A DNA stretch of 64,000 bases from an uncultured Planctomycetota bacterium (lineage in GTDB: Bacteria > Planctomycetota > Planctomycetia > Gemmatales > Gemmataceae). Location of the stretch: positions 352,001-416,000 of the forward strand of contig CAWKHF010000004.1 in assembly GCA_963849325.1 (NCBI GenBank). The letters are read 5' to 3'. A program made the translations under genes and the position numbers. Below the pieces are notes generated by a model. It did not search any database. It saw only the letters and a program-made list of their open reading frames with translations, and had not been told where the DNA came from. Shown piece by piece: positions 58,111 to 64,000 of this stretch (position 1 is the stretch's first letter; each line of letters starts with the position of its first letter).

Positions 58111-59757
58111 TCATGGGCACAGTGTCCGTTCGGTTTGAGCCAGACGGAACACCTTCCCCCAACGATTCACCAGAAATCGTCCGTCCGGAGTGAGGAAAAA
58201 CTCACCCCGCACGGGTCCGTTGGCATCGGACAGGGCCATGCTGACGTGGGGTGGGATGCTCCACTTGTGGCCGCGCAGGAGCAGGACGTCGAGGTGATTG
58301 GAGATCACCGAAGACGTGCCGACGTAAAGACGCGACTGGTCCGGGGCCATGCGCAGGTAAATCCGGCCGTGCAGTTTGGCGCTCCATCTCTGGACCGCCA
58401 TCCGCGGATGGTTCAGTTCCAATCGAGTCAGATAGGTCCACTGTCCCTGTTCGCCCAGGTACACGCGCCCGTGGTTGTCGGCCACGACCGAGGAAAAGTC
58501 CGCCTTCATGTCCACACGCCGGCGCACGCTCAGGGTCGCCGGATCGATGTCGAATAGCTCGGTGCCGCCCGCCGCGTAAAGCGTGCGGCCGTCCGGCGTC
58601 AGACACAGGGCGCGGGTCGGGGCCGGCAACGAGAGCCTGCCGTCCTCGGCCTGCCGTTCGGCGTCGATGCGGCCGAGGTGGACGTGCGAACCCACACGAG
58701 CCAGGTAGAACAGCCAACGGCGATCGGGCGTGGCGAGGAGTTCCTTGACCTCGGCTTGCAAGGGCAGCACACGGCAAGGATGCAGGCGTTCCTCCGCCCG
58801 GTATTGGCCGAGCCGGGCGGGGTCGATGTCGTAGACGTGCAGGTCGCCACGGCCCGAAGGCCGGTCGCCGCCGCGATTGACGCCGAGGGTGTGCGGCTCG
58901 CAGACCGCCAGCCACAACCGGCCGCGCCGGCCATCCGCGACGGCCCGATACGCCGGCCGATCGAGCCGGTAGGTCGCTTGTAGGCGGAAATCGGGATAGG
59001 AGAATGCTTCAAGGAGCCCGATGCCGTAGTGACGAATGCGGCTCGCGTCTCGCCCGCAACGCCCAACGACAGCATGTCGCCCAGGCCCGTGACATATCGC
59101 AACTCGGCGGGGGGCGGATAACCCGATGCAGTCGTCACAGGCCCGGGGCGCGACCATGCCCCCGCGCGAGCCTGCGAATTGGGCGACGATGGAGGATGGG
59201 AGGTCGGCCCCGCCCAGGACGCGGGCTGGCTGGCGACCACCGCTGTGGGCGAGGGAGACTCGCCCGCATTCAACAGAGGAATAGTCAGGGCCAAGCCGTG
59301 GCCGAGGAGGGCCAGGGAAAGGGATGTGGCCACGCGGGCCGACAGCGACCACCGGCCGCGCTGGGCCAGAAGCAGACACACGGCGCCCAGCCCGACACCC
59401 AGGCCGGCCCAGAGGACGCTGTGGCCGATCCACAGCAGCAGACCGAGGGCCAGGACCATCGGCGCCAGCAGCAACCAGGGAAGCAGGAAACGGCCGGACG
59501 ACGACCCCGAGGAAGATGGCGTCTCCAGGGCGCGGCATGGCTTCCGGCTCGATGGGACGGCGGCGCACGCAGCGCCGGACGCGAACCCGTCGGGGGACGC
59601 AAGGGTCGGACAGCACGGGGCTGGCCGGCTCCGCGGTATGCGCCTCGGGGACAACCAGCGCGGCGTCACAGGCCGGACACCGAACCGTCCGGCCCTGGTA
59701 ACATCCCCGCACGCGCAACGAACACTGACAGCGAGCGCAGCTGAAGGTGGAAAGCAT
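58111..59757 (-). CDS. Zinc-ribbon, multi-TM, beta-propeller protein (frameshifts near 59500 and 59020)
   Basis: CARC..RCPAC N-terminus; TM segments in the 58599-59810 frame; propeller blades TPDRRWLF, TPDGRTLY, APDQSRLY, TPDGRFL. Confidence 0.7.
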   Translation of the reverse strand: MLSTFSCARCQCSLRVRGCYQGRTVRCPACDAALVVPEAHTAEPASPVLSDPCVPRRVRVRRCVRRRPIEPEAMPRPGDAIFLGVVVRPFPASLVAAGADGPGPRSAAVDRPQRPLGRPGCRAGRRVSASGPARPVVAVGPRGHIPFPGPPRPRLGPDYSSVECGRVSLAHSGGRQPARVLGGADLPSSIVAQFAGSRGGMVAPRACDDCIGLSAPRRVAICHGPGRHAVVGRCGRDASRIRHYGIGLLEAFSYPDFRLQATYRLDRPAYRAVADGRRGRLWLAVCEPHTLGVNRGGDRPSGRGDLHVYDIDPARLGQYRAEERLHPCRVLPLQAEVKELLATPDRRWLFYLARVGSHVHLGRIDAERQAEDGRLSLPAPTRALCLTPDGRTLYAAGGTELFDIDPATLSVRRRVDMKADFSSVVADNHGRVYLGEQGQWTYLTRLELNHPRMAVQRWSAKLHGRIYLRMAPDQSRLYVGTSSVISNHLDVLLLRGHKWSIPPHVSMALSDANGPVRGEFFLTPDGRFLVNRWGKVFRLAQTERTLCP

Positions 59758-60078
59758 ACCGTTCTTCCTCGAACGGAGTTCGCGGTGGACTTCCCGAGAT
59801 CAAAACACAATCTGACGTCACCGCCAGGGCTGGGACGACCGCAGGCGGAGGGCGCGAGTCTCGCCGGTCAATTGTGAGTTTGATACTACAGCACTCTCTC
59901 CGCTGGGTCCAGCATTATTTTGATCCGGGTTAGTAAATTGGGGTCCGAGGCGAAAGCGTCCGCGAAGGTGGCCATGCCTTCTTCCGGCTCGGAGGAAGGT
60001 GGTCCGCTGAACGACGCCGAGGCCGCTTCATATGAAAACAAGGTGGCCCCGCAAACGGTCGCCCCCAGAGGAAATGTC

Positions 60079-60450
60079 GTGCCCTCGCTTGATGCCCCCT
60101 CGGCCGAGCAACTCGAGACCTTCGCCAATCCCCAGCCCGGCCGGGATTACACCATCGAAATCGTCTGTCCCGAATTCACCAGCCTGTGTCCCAAGACCGG
60201 CCAACCGGACTTCGGCACCATCACCTTCACCTATACGCCCGGCCCGCTGTGCGTCGAGCTGAAATCGCTGAAGCTCTACTTGCAGTGCTACCGCAACCAG
60301 GGCGCTTTCTACGAAACGGTCGTCAATCGTCTGCTCGACGATTTTGTGACGGCGTGCCGGCCGGCGAGCTGCCGCGTGGTCGGCGCCTTCACGCCGCGCG
60401 GCGGCATCACCACCACGGTCACTTGCCAATATGAAGCGAAGAAAGGTTAA
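60079..60450 (+). CDS. queF: NADPH-dependent 7-cyano-7-deazaguanine reductase (unimodular)
   Basis: PEFTSLCPKTGQPDF, VELKSLKLY, FTPRGGI; start codon uncertain. Confidence 0.95.
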   Translation: MPSLDAPSAEQLETFANPQPGRDYTIEIVCPEFTSLCPKTGQPDFGTITFTYTPGPLCVELKSLKLYLQCYRNQGAFYETVVNRLLDDFVTACRPASCRVVGAFTPRGGITTTVTCQYEAKKG

Positions 60451-60456
60451 CCCAAT

Positions 60457-60522
60457 GGCGAACGGCCGGCGTTAGCCGGCTGGTTGGCGGCCCCAACCAG
60501 CCGGCTACGCCGGCCGTTCGCC
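60457..60522. repeat. REP-like palindrome, family B variant, between convergent genes
   Basis: GGCGAACGGCCGGCGTTAGCCGGCTGGTTGG ... CCAACCAGCCGGCTACGCCGGCCGTTCGCC. Confidence 0.85.
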
Positions 60523-60576
60523 CAAAAGGTTAGGGGCTCGAAGCCGCAAGTAGCTGCGGGACAGCCTCGGTGAGCG

Positions 60577-60822
60577 TCATGCTTTTTTCTGGAGTCGGGC
60601 GCCGACCGTCTTGAGCATCGACGACTCGTCGGGAAACTCTTTGGTCTTGAGTTTCGAGTAGATCAGCTCGCCATTGACGGTCAACTCAAAGCATCCGCCG
60701 CTGGAGGGAATCAGCTTCAAGTCCTTGATCTGTTGCTTGAAGGTGGTCAGCAACTTGGTCGTCAGACTGACGGCCTGCGGCTCGTAGTTTCACATGGCGC
60801 AGTAGCGCAACTCCAGGTGCAT
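60577..60822 (-). CDS. Rdx family (SelW/SelT/SelH-like) selenoprotein, 81 aa, in-frame UGA at codon 11
   Basis: MHLELRYCAM-U-NYEPQAVSLTTKLLTTFKQQIKDLKLIPSSGGCFELTVNGELIYSKLKTKEFPDESSMLKTVGARLQKKA; CxxU, GGxFE and FP motifs; GGAAAGGAG upstream; absent from the ORF track. Confidence 0.9.
60757..60775 (-). promoter_or_regulatory. Putative bacterial SECIS hairpin
   Basis: mRNA GGCCGUCAGUCUGACGACC begins 14 nt after the UGA; apical CAGUCUG resembles the E. coli fdhF SECIS tip CAGGUCUG. Confidence 0.65.
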
Positions 60823-60976
60823 GACATTCTCCTTTCCGATCCGTGTGGCGTCCCGGCCCGCTCCGGCGGCGCCGGTTGACGCGGAATCATTCGTTCACTG
60901 GTATTATTATAGTAGATCGCGTTCCGAACATTGTCGAATGCGGCAGGTCCATCAACCGGAGGGTGGAGAACATTCC

Positions 60977-61428
60977 ATGCCGCCGACCGTTTCCGCCGAC
61001 CGTCATCGTCCGCCATACGCACGAGAACCCGCGGAAGTGCTCGGTACTACCGTTGCGCGGCCGGCCCGATGTGGTGTTTTTGACCTACCCGGTCCCGGAG
61101 CGGCCCGCCCTGGATGATTACGTCCGCCTGGCCGCGGAAGGGCCGCCGCTATCGCTAGCCGACGCCGGCCGGGGCTTGCTGCTGCTGGACGGCAGCTGGC
61201 GCTGGGCCGCCGCCATGACGCGCGACTTCCTCGACGTTCCGCCGCGTTCGCTGCACGGCTGGCGCACCGCTTACCCGCGCGTGTCCAAGCTCGGCACCGA
61301 TCCGGACAACGGACTGGCCTCCATCGAGGCTCTCTTCGTCGCCTATCACCTGCTCGGCCGGCCCACGGCGGGATTGCTCGATCACTACTACTGGGCGGAG
61401 GCGTTTCGGGAAGCCAACGGGCTTGTAG
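60977..61428 (+). CDS. Tsr3/DTW-like (aminocarboxypropyltransferase-like) domain protein; both ends probably affected by indels
   Basis: RHTHENPRKCSVLPL, LLLDGSWRWA, TAYPRVSK, GLASIEAL, YYWAEAF. Confidence 0.7.
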
Positions 61429-61476
61429 CAGACGTTCTGAAAAAAAGAAGGACATTTCCCGGGCGAAATAGTGCCG

Positions 61477-61816
61477 TTAACCGTGCTTGCCGTGACCGGA
61501 GCCTCGGCCCCCGCCATGAGCCACACCGTGGCCTCCGCCGCCATTGCCCGAACCCTTCGCTGAGCCTTTACTTTTGCCCTGTCCTCCGCCATTGCCGTTC
61601 TCAGCCAGCCTGAGCCGCTGCCCGAACTGGAACCGTTGCCGCGGGCGACGAAGGCGGAGTCGGCCTGAGTGACGGTGTTGTTGGCGTTGGTGCCGAGGTT
61701 TTGGACCGAGGCGAAAACAACGGCGACGATCAGCGACAGCAGGACGGCATATTCGACTGAGCTGACGCCGTTTCGGTGCGAAGAAATCGGAACAGGGCGG
61801 TGCGGCACGCGGTCAT
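61477..61816 (-). CDS. flp: Flp family type IVb pilin with Gly/Ser/His-rich C-terminal tail (two apparent indels)
   Basis: MTACRTALFRFLRTE/NGVSSVEYAVLLSLIVAVVFASVQNLG gives the Flp G|xxxxEY motif; last frame reads NGNGGGQGKSKGSAKGSGNGGGGHGVAHGGGRGSGHGKHG*. Confidence 0.78.
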
Positions 61817-61868
61817 GATTCTCTCCCTTTTCCGTTGACGGGTTCTGCCTGCGCAGGGGATCACCCGG

Positions 61869-61909
61869 AAAAAGAAAGACCCCTACACGTCGGTTGACGT
61901 ATACGGGTC
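61869..61909 (-). terminator. Intrinsic terminator in the pilin leader (riboswitch expression platform)
   Basis: Minus strand GACCCGTATACGTC-AACC-GACGTGTAGGGGTC-TTTCTTTTT: 14 bp stem with one mismatch, then a U-tract. Confidence 0.8.
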
Positions 61910-61940
61910 CGAGAATGCGTGCAGTGCCGATCTGATCCGT

Positions 61941-62031
61941 TCGGTAACCTGGCGACCCCCGCGAGCCATCGTCGACTCGCCCGGGCCCATGGCTTTGCGT
62001 CCCCGCCTCACGACGGGTTTGCCTTTGTCGA
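61941..62031 (-). ncRNA. Cyclic di-GMP-I (GEMM) riboswitch
   Basis: Minus strand TCGACAAAGGCAAACCCGTCGTGAGGCGGGGACGCAAAGCCATGGGCCC...GGGGGTCGCCAGGTTACCGA contains GGCAAAC, a GNRA loop (GTGA), GACGCAAAGC and GGTTACCGA of the class I consensus. Confidence 0.9.
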
Positions 62032-62272
62032 GGAAAAGAGGTTACTCGCCTCTCTGCCGGCGGGAGCGTTGTCTCGGTCCCGCGAGCGATCCCCGTGAAC
62101 GCTAACGACACAACCCTAGGTCCGGATGCCCAGCGCGTCAAACGCACACCGCGCTTTTTCCGCACGATGGAAACGATGGCTACCTTCCTCGTGGTCCCGA
62201 CCTTTCGCCACAACGGCGAAATCGGCATAGAACATCCAGGCCGTCTGTGTCCTGCGCCGGAGTGTCCCTGTC

Positions 62273-62833
62273 ATGTCACCGCCGCGGTTCGTGCCGGATG
62301 TCCCCTTCCCGCCGTACACGTTCGTGCCGGGCCGTTCGCCGCATCCGATCCGCGACCCGGAGGGCCATCTCTTCGGCAAACCTCCCGACGCGCCGCCGCC
62401 CCTCGACCCGGCACACTGGGGCGAGAGCCAGGCCTATCTGCGCGGCGTGGACCTGTTCAACCACGGCTATTACTGGGAGGCGCATGAGGTGTGGGAGGGA
62501 CTGTGGCACGCGGCGGGGCGGGCCGGAGTCACCGGCGACTTCCTGCGGGGACTGATCAAGTTGGCTGCCGCCGGCGTCAAGGTGCGCCAGGGCCAGCCGC
62601 GCGGCGTCGCCAGCCATGCCGGTGGAGCGGCCGTCCACTTCCGCGACATCGCCCGGCAGCTCGGCGGCGAAGAGACTTGCCACCTCGGACTCCGCCTGAC
62701 CGATCTCGTTGCGTTCGCGGAGCGAATCGAACAGCGCGCGGCATCCGTCCGTACGGACGAGGACGACGGCGTCAAGGTAGTCTTTGACTTCGTCTTGCAC
62801 CCTTCCGCCCCGGCGCAACCGTTGCCGGATTGA
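62273..62833 (+). CDS. DUF309 domain protein
   Basis: LFNHGYYWEAHEVWEGLW, LRGLIKLAAA. Confidence 0.88.
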   Translation: MSPPRFVPDVPFPPYTFVPGRSPHPIRDPEGHLFGKPPDAPPPLDPAHWGESQAYLRGVDLFNHGYYWEAHEVWEGLWHAAGRAGVTGDFLRGLIKLAAAGVKVRQGQPRGVASHAGGAAVHFRDIARQLGGEETCHLGLRLTDLVAFAERIEQRAASVRTDEDDGVKVVFDFVLHPSAPAQPLPD

Positions 62834-62925
62834 TACACTCTAACCAGATGCCCACGCGGCCGGGCGCGGTGGTTGCCCTGGACCGCCGGCCGAAAACAAC
62901 CTACCGCCGCAGGAGTATTCTCGAC

Positions 62926-63802
62926 ATGAAGCAGACCGCCATCGTTCTCCTCACTACCCTCGTCCTGACCCATGCCGGGGCGGCGGCCGAGCCGGCCAAG
63001 CTCGTCAAGCCGACCAACCTGTCCATCAACACCAAGGCCGACGAAGTCGATCCGTTCCTGTCCAGCAGCGGGCTAACGCTGTGGTACGCCTCCAACGCCG
63101 CAGGCAAGTTCGACATCATGCTGGCCCAGCGAAAAAGTGCCGTGAGCGCCTGGAGCAAGGGTCGGCCGCTCGAAGATTACGTTCAGACCAAGGTGGATGA
63201 CCGCGGCGTGTGTCTCACCCGCGACGGTTCCTATCCTCAATACCTCTATTACGCCACCAAGAAGGACGAGCAGACCAAGAACTTCGACCTTTACGTGGCG
63301 GTCAAGCAAAGCCGCACCGGCTCCTTCACGGAGCCGACGCCGGTCAACGCGGCGGACTCGGAAGCCGACGAGATGAACCCCTTCCTGACGCGAGACGGCA
63401 AGCAACTCTACTTCAGCCGCAAGACCGAGGCCGGTTGGCGCGTCTTCGTCACCCAACGGACGCAAGCGACCGGCGCAAGGATTCGGCGAGCCGGCCCGGA
63501 TCGAGGATCTGCCGCCCGATTTTCACCACGTCTCCCTGACGACCGACGGCAAGACCATGTACTTGCAAGGGCCGCTCGACAAGGGCCGCGTCGGCCTGTT
63601 CACGGCGACGAAGACCGTCAAAGGCTGGAGCACGCCGGAACCGCTGACCATGCTCAACCACCCCGAGGCGCCCAAGGGCGATGGCGCGCCGGCGCTGAGC
63701 GCGGATGGCAACCTGCTGTACTTCGCCTCCGACCGTCCCGGCGGCAAAGGCGGCTTCGATATCTGGGCGGTGCCGACGGCACTGCTGAAGAGAAAGAAGT
63801 GA
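62926..63802 (+). CDS. Exported TolB-like/PD40 beta-propeller protein, frameshift near 63480
   Basis: AGGAG RBS; signal peptide MKQTAIVLLTTLVLTHAGAAA; repeats DEVDPFLSSSGLTLWYAS, DEMNPFLTRDGKQLYFS, PALSADGNLLYFASDRPGGKGGFDIW. Confidence 0.85.
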
Positions 63803-63805
63803 ATG

Positions 63806-63882
63806 GGTTTCGCCGCGCAGGGGAGCACGAACGCACTCTCCTGCGCGGCGCGGCGGAACAAAGTTGGTTTAGGACAAGCCCC
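63806..63882 (-). repeat. Diverged relative of REP family A
   Basis: Reverse complement GGGGCTTGTCCTAAACCAACTTTGTTCCGCCGCGCCGCGCAG aligns with GGGGCTTGTCCAAAGAAACTTCGTTTAGCCGCGACGCGCAG at 7891. Confidence 0.6.
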
Positions 63883-64000
63883 CTGCGGAACGCGATGCCT
63901 CCAGATTATTTATTTTCCCTATTGACAACTCTCCATGCGCGCGTGACAAAAGAAGGTGAACTAACTCGCTCTCTCTCCGGTCTTTGTCGTTTCTTTGTCC

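Noticed and set aside
59880-60078. preQ1 riboswitch upstream of queF
   Set aside because: No recognisable preQ1 stem-loop with the A-rich 3' tail
63905-63955. Sigma-70 promoter (TTGACA at 63922 with AT-rich upstream)
   Set aside because: No convincing -10 at the right spacing, and the downstream gene is outside the window

Overview
GC-rich bacterial DNA, almost certainly Planctomycetota and Gemmataceae-like. The evidence is a TIGR03000-type protein, a DUF1549/DUF1553 plus DUF1501 pair, a LExLExR-type N-terminal motif, and ECF sigma/Ser-Thr kinase pairs. Many genes are split by single-base indels that look like long-read assembly errors, so genes were rebuilt across frames and those breakpoints are approximate. 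Housekeeping genes: hemF, glyA, lpxI, lpxD, thpR, queF, and HAD, MaoC, PfkB, AtuA and enoyl-CoA hydratase family genes. Accessory content: three receptor-like Ser/Thr kinases with different outer sensor domains (UrtA/AmiC-like, WD40, LRR), three ECF sigma factors, a ~2400 aa membrane protein, an MFP with two RND pumps, and a lower-GC islet with a (Pro-Thr)~55 protein. The most striking candidate system is an ECF sigma factor followed by a zinc anti-sigma domain fused to a complete thioester alpha-2-macroglobulin with a membrane hairpin at its bait region, a possible protease-sensing trap and signal device. Features not shown by the ORF track: a CxxU Rdx/SelW-type selenoprotein with a SECIS-like hairpin, a c-di-GMP-I riboswitch with terminator in front of an Flp pilin that has a Gly/His tail, a 203 bp MITE with TTA duplication, several REP-like palindrome families (one translated in frame), and inverted pairs of 7-8 nt tandem repeats at gene junctions that supply stop codons and terminal peptides. 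No rRNA, tRNA, CRISPR array or intact transposase was seen.
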